A stretch of 64,000 bases of DNA from Candidatus Poribacteria bacterium (GTDB lineage Bacteria > Poribacteria > WGA-4E > WGA-3G). Both the position numbers and the translations under genes were made by a program. Positions 18,403-27,315 of the stretch are shown here, one piece after another. The DNA lies in the NCBI GenBank assembly GCA_965205025.1, contig CBDBFU010000028.1, positions 192,001 through 256,000 on the forward strand, in the 5' to 3' direction. The stretch's first letter is position 1. The number at the start of each line of letters is the position of its first letter. The notes below the pieces were generated by a model. It was not told the DNA's origin, did not search any database, and saw only the letters and a program-made list of their open reading frames with translations.

Positions 18403-19305
18403 TTAGGGTAATGGTTCACCCTCTTGTGAAGTCATTTCAGCATAAAGATCTTGTAATCGTCCGGTCATCTCTCCTGGACTCCCCGTTCCAATCTGCCTAC
18501 CATCCACCTCTAATACAGGGCTTAATTCACCAACTGTTCCTGTAGTAAACATCTCATCTGCGGTATACACCTCTGTTAAAGAGACATTCCGCTCTATCAT
18601 CGGAATCTGCGCGGATTTAGCGAGTTGGATAACATTACCTCGTGTAATCCCAGGTAAACAACTGTCTGCATGGGGTGTAATTACTTCACCTCGCTTGATT
18701 ATAAAGATATTTGTCGCATTAGTCTCAGAAACAAAACCAAAAATATCAAGCATAATCGCATCGTCTACCCCAGCGACATTCGCCTCTATTTTAGCCAGTA
18801 TGTTGTTTATCAAATTGTTGTGGTGGATTTTAGAATCTACACATTGTGCAGTATTTCGACGAATTGTAGAAGTTATCAAACGTATACCGGTACTTGCGTA
18901 AATAGGTGGTTTCCATTCTGCTAAAACAATTAAGCATGTACCATACTGATTTACCTGCGGATTCATACTTGAGGTAACTTTTTTACCTCTACTAAGGGTT
19001 AGACGTATATGGACTTCATCACGCATTCCATTAGCTTCTAATGTCTCAAAAATAGCCTTTTTAATGTCATCCCGGGATGGAATTCCTTCAAACGCCATTG
19101 CATGTGCAGAATCAATTAATCTATCAAGATGTGGATCCAAGGCAAATATCTTTCCTTTATAGATACGAAGTCCTTCCCATACCCCATCCCCACCTTGGAC
19201 AAGACTATCAAAAACCGATATTTTCGCTTCTTCACGGGGAAATAATTCCCCACCAACATGAATTAATATGTTCTCATTTCGAGAATCAGGTAATTGTGGT
19301 TTCAT
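18403..19305 (-). CDS. Aminotransferase class IV (branched-chain / D-amino acid type)
   Basis: GDGVWEGLR, KIHHNNLINNIL, SETNATNIF, LPGITR, TADEMFTTGT. Confidence 0.88.
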   Translation of the reverse strand: MKPQLPDSRNENILIHVGGELFPREEAKISVFDSLVQGGDGVWEGLRIYKGKIFALDPHLDRLIDSAHAMAFEGIPSRDDIKKAIFETLEANGMRDEVHIRLTLSRGKKVTSSMNPQVNQYGTCLIVLAEWKPPIYASTGIRLITSTIRRNTAQCVDSKIHHNNLINNILAKIEANVAGVDDAIMLDIFGFVSETNATNIFIIKRGEVITPHADSCLPGITRGNVIQLAKSAQIPMIERNVSLTEVYTADEMFTTGTVGELSPVLEVDGRQIGTGSPGEMTGRLQDLYAEMTSQEGEPLP

Positions 19306-19454
19306 TTACTCTCCTAATTTATTTCTGTTTCAATCATAGTATAGTATCTGAAAGGTTAATTGAATAAAATTTTCAGTTCCTTCCGATTAACTGGACAATT
19401 TATATGCATCTATAAAAGATGAGGCATAAACTTCTTAAAACATACGAATGATTC

Positions 19455-21386
19455 TCATATCCAACTATATACTGCGGAACGTAATACCAAACTCAATAAA
19501 GGCCAAAAACAACCCATCAACGCTTCACCTAATACCAATCCAATGAAGAATGGGATAGCCTTTCGGTATGCATTAATCCCACCGTTCCGCAAAATAATCC
19601 ACTTCGTAACCATTGCAATTAAGAGTGGAAACCAAATAACATCTGTTGTACCTGGTGCCACTCCAATCACATATCCTGCAGGATGGAGTGGACACCATAC
19701 AAAGCGAGACCGTAGAAACATTATTCCCAAATTCGCAAAAAAGGTTATACCGAGAACACTACTGGCTAACCAATCCATCGGCTTTGGATTTACTAACCAT
19801 GATGATAGGAAATTATATGTATCTGCACCCCCCGCATGTATTTGCTCAGAACCCGCAGCAACACCCTCACTATAAATCGTATACGGATACAGTATTAGAC
19901 TTGATAAGATTCCGACAAGACTGGCTATTACCAGAACTGTAAACATCGTCCGGTTACGGATACTTGTTCTTTCTGCCAGTTTAAACGCCTCAAGTTGATC
20001 AGGCATTGGATGTGTACGGAATGAAGCATAACTCGCACCACTCAACCAATTCATCAGAGAGAGCATCGTCAAATTCCCCGCACGTAAACGTCTGGTTCCA
20101 AGAAGTGAAATCATCATATATTGAGGTGTTAAATACCCAATAGCGTGTATTGGAGGACCCAGTTCCGCACGCATACGTGTTAAACCGACTACAATCAGCA
20201 AATATATCACAATAAATACGACAAATGCCCACAACGACATCCCTCCTCGAATACAAAATATAGCCAGCAATAAGAGTGATAGAGCTAAGATGATTAATGT
20301 TGTGCGATGGGATAATGCTTCATTCTTAGCTTCTAATGACTTTGGTCGAATTGCTTGGGATAATACCAATGCAAAATGCTTCCTACCATTCCAACAGGCA
20401 ATTGCAAGTAACGCAAGTAATGCACCTGCTCCTTGTTCACCTAAAAAGGGGTATCCCTGTACTTTAGATACACCTGAAGCACTACCAAAAAGCAATTGGA
20501 TCTTCTTCATCATATAGAAGAACGTACAGGAAAATGCCAAATCAAGTGGAAGAATAAACGAGAATCCTATCAGATAAGGATGAACACGAAGCGGAGTACT
20601 ACCCATTGCATTCCACGGTTTTTGCGTAAAATACATGTTAAGATTGTATTTTCTGACAGGAATTTCTGGCAATATAGGATAGAAATACTGCAACCCATTT
20701 AGTAGATTAATACCAGCAGCGATACCAAAACCTATCCATAATAACTTACTTCTAAATACACCACGGTTTGTGGTTATCTCCAGTGGGATCTGTATAATTG
20801 GATATGCAAGTTTCTCATTCTCTATCCACTGCTTTCTGATTAACGATGTCAAACATAGAAAAATGAGCATCAATAAGAAAATCACCGCAGACCAGGACAG
20901 AATAGGAACTATCCAATAATTTAAATATCCTCCAGTAAAGAAGTTAACATTACCTTCGTAAAAATCATTGACTGTTTTTGGGTCTTTTACGACAAGCCAT
21001 TCAGGCAGGTGATGGAATAACAATGCTTCCCAATCATTCTCTGGCGTAGCAAAACGATACGCATAAGGGATCAATCCCATTAATCGAGGCATGCAGTCAT
21101 GACCTGAAAATGCACTCCCAACTGCAAGCATACTATACACAACAATAAGATCACGCTGCGAAAGTGAGATCTGCGGGGCAATGCTACGTAACCAAAGATT
21201 AATTACTGTAATCACAAAAATCCCAAACATCACATTCACAGACATTGCTACCGTCGTCAGATGGGCTGTGTGCCATATCATCTCAACATAAGCTATCCAG
21301 TAACTATTAGCGACAATTAGGAGTGTACCAATCAATACTGCCCTTTTCGCAATAGGACGTGTTGATTGTAAGTTTGTATGGTTCAT
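19455..21386 (-). CDS. Multi-pass membrane protein, DUF6785 / peptide-transporter-like
   Basis: About 16 TM segments; RKQWIENEKLAYP, RMRAELG, WCPLHPAGY, PFFIGLVLGE motifs. Confidence 0.6.
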   Translation of the reverse strand: MNHTNLQSTRPIAKRAVLIGTLLIVANSYWIAYVEMIWHTAHLTTVAMSVNVMFGIFVITVINLWLRSIAPQISLSQRDLIVVYSMLAVGSAFSGHDCMPRLMGLIPYAYRFATPENDWEALLFHHLPEWLVVKDPKTVNDFYEGNVNFFTGGYLNYWIVPILSWSAVIFLLMLIFLCLTSLIRKQWIENEKLAYPIIQIPLEITTNRGVFRSKLLWIGFGIAAGINLLNGLQYFYPILPEIPVRKYNLNMYFTQKPWNAMGSTPLRVHPYLIGFSFILPLDLAFSCTFFYMMKKIQLLFGSASGVSKVQGYPFLGEQGAGALLALLAIACWNGRKHFALVLSQAIRPKSLEAKNEALSHRTTLIILALSLLLLAIFCIRGGMSLWAFVVFIVIYLLIVVGLTRMRAELGPPIHAIGYLTPQYMMISLLGTRRLRAGNLTMLSLMNWLSGASYASFRTHPMPDQLEAFKLAERTSIRNRTMFTVLVIASLVGILSSLILYPYTIYSEGVAAGSEQIHAGGADTYNFLSSWLVNPKPMDWLASSVLGITFFANLGIMFLRSRFVWCPLHPAGYVIGVAPGTTDVIWFPLLIAMVTKWIILRNGGINAYRKAIPFFIGLVLGEALMGCFWPLLSLVLRSAVYSWI

Positions 21387-21930
21387 TGAAGTTGGAAGGT
21401 AAAGGCCTAAATTCTGAAAATGTACTACTGAAATTACTGAAGGTATTACGAATTATTTGGAAAGATTCTCATAGGTATGGTATACTATAAATTAGAAGTA
21501 TGTCAAGATGAAAATAGAAGAATATCCAGTATATTCTCATGGGTTAAAACCTTAGATCACAGATCCAATTGTGCTACGGTTTTAACCTTTAGAATAAGTA
21601 CAGACTATAGACCATCCTTGACAATTTTTAACATTTGTTAAAATCACAACTTACAAGATTTTATGATTGAAGGTGTATCTATAACAGAGTTTGAAATACA
21701 CTTACTCTTGTTTTCTCAATTTCTGCTATTCTAATGTATAATTCCTAATAGAATTTATATCAATAGGAACACATCAAACAATTAAACACACATTAGACTT
21801 AGGAACTTATGGATAAAACTCTATTATTTTAGCTTACACATTTTGAACTAATTTCTAAAACATACCAACCTATGGATATTGTGTAAGTTTTATTTCTTAT
21901 CAATGACACCAGTATATAGGAGCTATTAAT

Positions 21931-23034
21931 ATGGAACTATCATTTGAAAAAGATGAACTTTTATATTCACTACAAGTTGTACAAGGTGTAGCAAGTGAAC
22001 GCAATACTTTGCCAATTCTACAAAATGTTCTCATCCGGGCAGAAAACGGTAAAATCGAGTTTTCCGCTACCGACTTGGAAGTTGGTATAAGAGTTGTTGT
22101 GTTAGGCACAATCAAGGAAGAAGGATCAATCACTGTTTCAGCAAAAAAATTCACTGATTTAGTGAGAGAATTACCAAGTAAACCAATTGAATTGGCTACC
22201 ACAGCAAACGATCGTGTCGAATTAACATGTGGAGAAGGAGTCTATAAAATGATTGGGCTTTCAGATGAAGACTTCCCTGAAATACCATCTGTTGATGGAG
22301 AATCAATAATTATAGACGGAAATATCTTGAATTCTGTAATTCACAAAACCGAATTTGCTGCATCCAGAGATGAGGTCCGTTACCTACTCAACAGCCTTTA
22401 TTTTAATATTCTTGAGGATAAAACTGAAATTGTCGCAACTGATGGAACAAAACAACTCGCACTGACACATTGTGATCCGCTAAATACTCCTGATGAATCA
22501 AGCGGCTTTATCGTACCATTAAAGGCTGTCAGAGAGATTGAAAGGACATTTGCTGAATCTGGTGAAGTTAAGATCGCATTGGCAAAAAATCAACTTCTAC
22601 TGGCAAATGACAATACCACACTCACAACCCGTTTGGTTGAGGGTGAATATGCCAATTACCAAGGTGTAATTCCTGAATCATCAGAAGGACGTGCTGTTGT
22701 TACAAAAGAACTATTATTGCGAGCAACAAGACGAGTGGCATTACTTTCAAACCCTAAGAACTATTTAATCTGTTTAGAGATTGATCCAGAACGCATAACT
22801 ATTTCAGCAAACTCTCCAGAACTCGGTGAAGCACGCGAAACTGTCGAAGTAGAATCAAGTACTGGAAGTGTACGGATCGGTGTTGATGCACGGGTTCTCA
22901 CTGAAGTCATAGCACACATCGAAACTGATTCTCTTATCATAGAGTTTTCCGGGGAATTTACACAATTTGCTGTGAAACCGCAGAGCGATGACACCCACAC
23001 ATGTATCATCATGCCAATGCGGTTAGAATCATAG
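21931..23034 (+). CDS. dnaN: DNA polymerase III beta sliding clamp
   Basis: LPILQNVLI, ATDLE, VATDG, RLVEGEY, C-terminal IMPMRL. Confidence 0.95.
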   Translation: MELSFEKDELLYSLQVVQGVASERNTLPILQNVLIRAENGKIEFSATDLEVGIRVVVLGTIKEEGSITVSAKKFTDLVRELPSKPIELATTANDRVELTCGEGVYKMIGLSDEDFPEIPSVDGESIIIDGNILNSVIHKTEFAASRDEVRYLLNSLYFNILEDKTEIVATDGTKQLALTHCDPLNTPDESSGFIVPLKAVREIERTFAESGEVKIALAKNQLLLANDNTTLTTRLVEGEYANYQGVIPESSEGRAVVTKELLLRATRRVALLSNPKNYLICLEIDPERITISANSPELGEARETVEVESSTGSVRIGVDARVLTEVIAHIETDSLIIEFSGEFTQFAVKPQSDDTHTCIIMPMRLES

Positions 23035-23055
23035 GTTTTGAAATAAAGGATAATT

Positions 23056-23102
23056 AAATCAACCCTATGGACTACTTACAAAGCAGACCATAGGGTTGAT
23101 TT
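23056..23102. terminator. Stem-loop after dnaN (likely intrinsic terminator)
   Basis: Perfect 15-bp stem AAATCAACCCTATGG / CCATAGGGTTGATTT. Confidence 0.65.
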
Positions 23103-23217
23103 CGTTTGGATTAAATCCCATAGGAACGTAATGGCTATGTATAGTTGTTTAGAATACCCGTATTCTCTGTGTAAACAGTGTAATTCGTGATATAATCACT
23201 AAAGAATTTCGATCTTT

Positions 23218-23391
23218 GTACCGCAAACTTTATGAGGATTAAGTAAATATTTCGGTAATTCTATTTTTCCCAAACCCGGTAGGTGCGGTTTCCCGGGGAA
23301 TGCCTTATGGCATTCATACCGTTGATTCACCGCACTGGATATTTCTCCTGAATTACCGATTTAAAAAATTAATCTTCATTTAGTTTGCGAC
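23218..23391. mobile_element. MITE family B (23232-23379) inserted in the centre of a REP, carrying an interrupted second REP
   Basis: GTACCGCAAACTTT | ATGAGGATTAAGTAAATATTTCGGTAATT ... AATTACCGATTTAAAAAATTAATCTTCAT | TTAGTTTGCG; internal GTAGGTGCGGTTTCCC[about 33 bp]CACCGCAC. Confidence 0.75.
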
Positions 23392-23486
23392 AAAAACTCA
23401 TACCTGTCAAATGCAATACGTCCATTTAGGGTTGAATCCAACGTTCTATCTCAGACACGAATTCGACATTGAATCCAAAATCATAC

Positions 23487-24918
23487 CTACATTTCTTCCC
23501 CTTCTTTCTCAGGTTTTATATCCGATAAATATCTATCTTTTTCAATAATTGCCATCTCAGTCATCTTCACCATTACACTCTCCGGATGGACTGCATACCA
23601 CTTTCCATCTGCAAAAGTAGTTACGGTATGGATTCTTTCACTTATCTCAGATGATTCAGAGAAATAATCATGTGGCAACCAATTTTCAAACGTGACGCCT
23701 TCACCATTATCCCATTTCCATTTACCATCTTTTCTGTCAGCACTTAACCCTATCCAATAAAATGTATGTCCAAATACCGCACCTAACCACTCCTGCTCCT
23801 TGGAATCGTTAATCGCTACAAGATGTGCTTTTTCTTTTTTGGCTTGAGCAATTGCCTCATCTCGTGTTCTGCATATAACTCTTTTATAGGCATGTCCATT
23901 TAAGGGATTAACGATCCATACCTCATTAGACACTGGTAGCGGAGATTGTTCTGGTGTTGGGGATTGTTGTTTTTCATCTTTTACCGTTTTCATCTTTGGT
24001 GGCAACGGTATTGGTGGAATTGGATCACTATCAAATGTAAATGTTAACCCATCAAGCCGTTGTCCAGGTTCAAGACGCACCTCTTCAGGAGGAGTCTCTA
24101 ATCTCTGATACCCTAATGACAATGTGTAAATTACAGTCTTATGCCGATTACGCAGATATTGGACGAAATTGCCTTTATCATCAATCCAAATGCCAACTCC
24201 TCCACCTCCAGTGCCTCTTCCACTATCATCTTCATAACGGTGTTTAAGGGCAATCTGAATACGTGCATTTGAGAGTGGTGTACCATCCTTAAACATGACA
24301 CGTCCCCGAATCCGCATACGAGGTCGCACAATTACCTCAACGTTCTTGATATGTATATCAGGATCAATCCCAAAACCAATTTCATTAAAATCATTCCTAG
24401 GATAAAAATCTATATCATTTATACGGAGAGAGACCACTTTAACATCAGGTTCAAAATCGTTCTCTTGAAAGCCAAAATTAGTTTGAGTAAAACCATCAAT
24501 ATAGTCTGGATTGAATCCTTTGTCATACCATGTCAGATAATCTTTAAGAAAATCATAAATAATTATCTGGTAAACGTTGGTCGATATTTTTTGATAAGAC
24601 CCCAAAATAATGTGGTCCTGGTGGAATACCCGTTATAGAAAAACTTCCATCCGCATTCGTCTCAGTTCGATTCATTTCAAAATAGTCATAAGGAAGATAA
24701 AGTGAAAATGTATCTCCATCATCAATTTCAAGAGGAGCGATATAAACTGGTAATTCAGCCATGGGATTACCTTCTGTATCAACTACACGTCCCGATACTG
24801 TCCCCGTACCTTCCTGACAAATACCGAGTAGTATGAATATACTGAAGAGTGTCTGTATTATTAGAAACATTACAATTGTCTTTTCTCTAAAACCCTTTTT
24901 AATCATTATTGCCTCCAT
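23487..24918 (-). pseudogene. Frameshifted secreted or membrane protein with carboxypeptidase-regulatory-like repeats and a C-type lectin domain
   Basis: ORFs 24553-24918 and 23487-24605 overlap in adjacent frames; together they parallel the extracellular part of the upstream ECF (TVSGRVVDTEGNP, IRGRVMFKDGTP, VNPLNGHAYK...WIGLS...WKWDNG). Confidence 0.7.
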
Positions 24919-24950
24919 ATTAACTATGAGTCTATATTCCTAAGTTGAAA

Positions 24951-26996
24951 CTACTCAAAGTTCCCGCCATTTTTTTCTATTAAAGCTGTTTGCATCCAAC
25001 GCCATCCAACATTTTCTGGACCAATATCTTCCCATTTCTCACCATTCAAAACTACATAATCCTCATCACCGTTGTCATCGTTAGGTTCAAACTTTCCCCA
25101 ATTGGTATATTCAAGAGTATCTCCATTCTGCCATTGCCATTGTCCCTCTTCATCTATATCAGTAAGACCAATTAATAGACGCCTCGGATTGAAAACCTTA
25201 CTTATCCACTTCTGTTCTTCTTCATCATTTATCGTAACAAGATACGCATCTTCATCCTTTGCTTGTAGAATGGCATCTTCTGGACTGGTACAACTGATTT
25301 TCTTATAGGCATGTCCATTTGCAGGATTAACAACCCAAACATCTCGTGCGTCAATTCCACTATGAACTGATGCATTTGCTTGGAATTGAGGTTCCTCTTG
25401 AATATTCGGTAATATCGGTTCTGCCAAGGTAAAGGTTACTTCATATTTCCGTTCATTAGGTTTTACAATTATCGGTTTTAATAACACCCTTTGTGTTTTA
25501 TATTCAATTGACATAATGTAAAATCCAGGACCATCTAATTGATGCCAGATAAATTGAACAAAGTTCCCAGCAATATCTGTCTTTTGTCCCCATGAAACCC
25601 CGCTTTCATCACCATCTAAATCCAAATGTTTTACTTTGAATTTAATTCGTTCATTGGCAACTGGTGTACCATCTACTTGTAACACCTTTCCCTTGACTTC
25701 TATGAATTGACGAACTGTAACTTCAATGTTGTGAAGTTTTTCTCTGGTTTTAGCAGCAAATACAATTCCACGCCCCCTTCCACTTCCAACAGTATAGAAG
25801 GTCATTCCCTTAGTTTTTATTTTTATGATTTCAGAATCCGGTTCGTAGAATGGTAACACTCCCAATAACACTGGTTCTGTGTATAGAGTCGGTATATGGA
25901 AACTACCGTCTGTATTAATTTCTGCTGGATATGCTAATGGGTCATCAGGCCAGTCACTATCATCTGATACTTCTTGTGGAAACCAAGCTCCATTACCGTC
26001 TTCAACAGGCATAATTGCGATCTTGACATCATCAACTGGATTTCCTTTCTCATCTATGATATGACCAGAAGCCGAATAATTTTCCTTGTTATTCTGTTTG
26101 TCACTATTGTCATCACTTTCATCTGCAGCATCTACTGTTCCAATCTGATTCTTAACATTAGGATCAGAGGGTAAATTTGAAAATACACTGGCATCTACAA
26201 TGTCTACTGACATCTCAGATGTTGCTTCTATATTGTACGGTTTCTGAAATACAGCCTGACGTTGTGAACCAAATCCAAGCATCAATGCAACCAATAAAAA
26301 CGTTGAAGTTGTTATAATCCAAGGCATAACTGGTTTGCCACCTGAAGACGAGGGATCAATCTGTATGCCAGTTTCTTTGATTGTTCTAACAATGTTCTCT
26401 GTTAAGTCTACTGAGGGTTGGAAACCCCCTAAAGTCTCACGTACCATACGATCCTCCTTAGCTAAACGCCTACGCGCACGATGAAGACGGCTTTTTACTG
26501 TATTCAACGATACACCTAAAAACTCACTTATCTCTTTAATTGGACTATCAGCGAGATAATGAAGTGTCACTACAATTCGTTCGCTTTCTGGTAACTTTTG
26601 GAGGAGACGTTGAACAAGAGCAATCCGTTTTTCTGATACGCGTTCTTCTCGTTGTGCTGACGCATAATCAGAATAATGCTGTTCCTCAAGTTGAACAATT
26701 GGAACAGTTTCTAAGGATTCCATTTTTTGCGGGGACTTTCTTAACCATGTATCACACATGCGATTTGCTATCACATAGAGCCATCCGGCAAACAACTGGG
26801 GATTCTTCAATGTGTTGAGTTTTCTATAAGCTCTAAGGAAAGTGTCTTGTGTAATCTCTTCAGCAATATGAAAATCACCAATCTTACGCCATGCAAGCGC
26901 GTGGACACGTTTCTGGTATCTCTGCACTAAAATAGTAAATGCATCTTGATCACCAGATAATGTCTGTTTTATCAATTGATAATCGGTAGCTTCCAT
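24951..26996 (-). CDS. ECF sigma factor fused to a TM helix, two beta-sandwich repeats and a C-type lectin domain
   Basis: Sigma region 2 (AEEITQDTFLRAY) and region 4 (LGVSLNTVKSRLHRAR), TM WIITTSTFLLVALMLGFG, CTLD NGHAY...LIGLTD...WQW...YTNW..EPN...WED; GGAGA RBS before ATG 26996. Confidence 0.85.
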   Translation of the reverse strand: MEATDYQLIKQTLSGDQDAFTILVQRYQKRVHALAWRKIGDFHIAEEITQDTFLRAYRKLNTLKNPQLFAGWLYVIANRMCDTWLRKSPQKMESLETVPIVQLEEQHYSDYASAQREERVSEKRIALVQRLLQKLPESERIVVTLHYLADSPIKEISEFLGVSLNTVKSRLHRARRRLAKEDRMVRETLGGFQPSVDLTENIVRTIKETGIQIDPSSSGGKPVMPWIITTSTFLLVALMLGFGSQRQAVFQKPYNIEATSEMSVDIVDASVFSNLPSDPNVKNQIGTVDAADESDDNSDKQNNKENYSASGHIIDEKGNPVDDVKIAIMPVEDGNGAWFPQEVSDDSDWPDDPLAYPAEINTDGSFHIPTLYTEPVLLGVLPFYEPDSEIIKIKTKGMTFYTVGSGRGRGIVFAAKTREKLHNIEVTVRQFIEVKGKVLQVDGTPVANERIKFKVKHLDLDGDESGVSWGQKTDIAGNFVQFIWHQLDGPGFYIMSIEYKTQRVLLKPIIVKPNERKYEVTFTLAEPILPNIQEEPQFQANASVHSGIDARDVWVVNPANGHAYKKISCTSPEDAILQAKDEDAYLVTINDEEEQKWISKVFNPRRLLIGLTDIDEEGQWQWQNGDTLEYTNWGKFEPNDDNGDEDYVVLNGEKWEDIGPENVGWRWMQTALIEKNGGNFE

Positions 26997-27029
26997 CTGT
27001 CTTCTCCAAATGAATGTTTCATAATACAA

Positions 27030-27057
27030 AGACACTTAATTTCGATGCAAAGGTTGC
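27030..27057 (-). promoter_or_regulatory. Candidate ECF-type autoregulatory promoter
   Basis: Minus strand GCAACC, 18 bp spacer, GTCT, 34 bp upstream of the ECF start. Confidence 0.4.
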
Positions 27058-27315
27058 ATAAAATGCAAATACAACAATAATTTATCAATAATAAAGTGAA
27101 AAATATACAGATTAAGAATACTATCTGTCAAAGAAAGGACTACATAAGGAACGAAATAATATCATTATACTGATACCATTTTCAATTGACATTTACATTA
27201 CGACATATCACTAAATAGAACAAATTAGCGAAAAAGTTGTAGTCCCGTATGAAGTTAAAAAAATAAAATAGGTAATTTGGACCCAGAGCTGGTAGGTGCG
27301 GTTTCCTAACCGCAC

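Noticed and set aside
21542-21588. Hairpin GGTTAAAACC...GGTTTTAACC as a riboswitch or terminator
   Set aside because: One arm reads AACCGTAGCACAA on the minus strand, consistent with a decayed GTAG REP; no riboswitch consensus recognised
24553-24555. TGA as a third selenocysteine codon
   Set aside because: Read-through hits TAA after two more codons; the homologous sequence continues in a different frame
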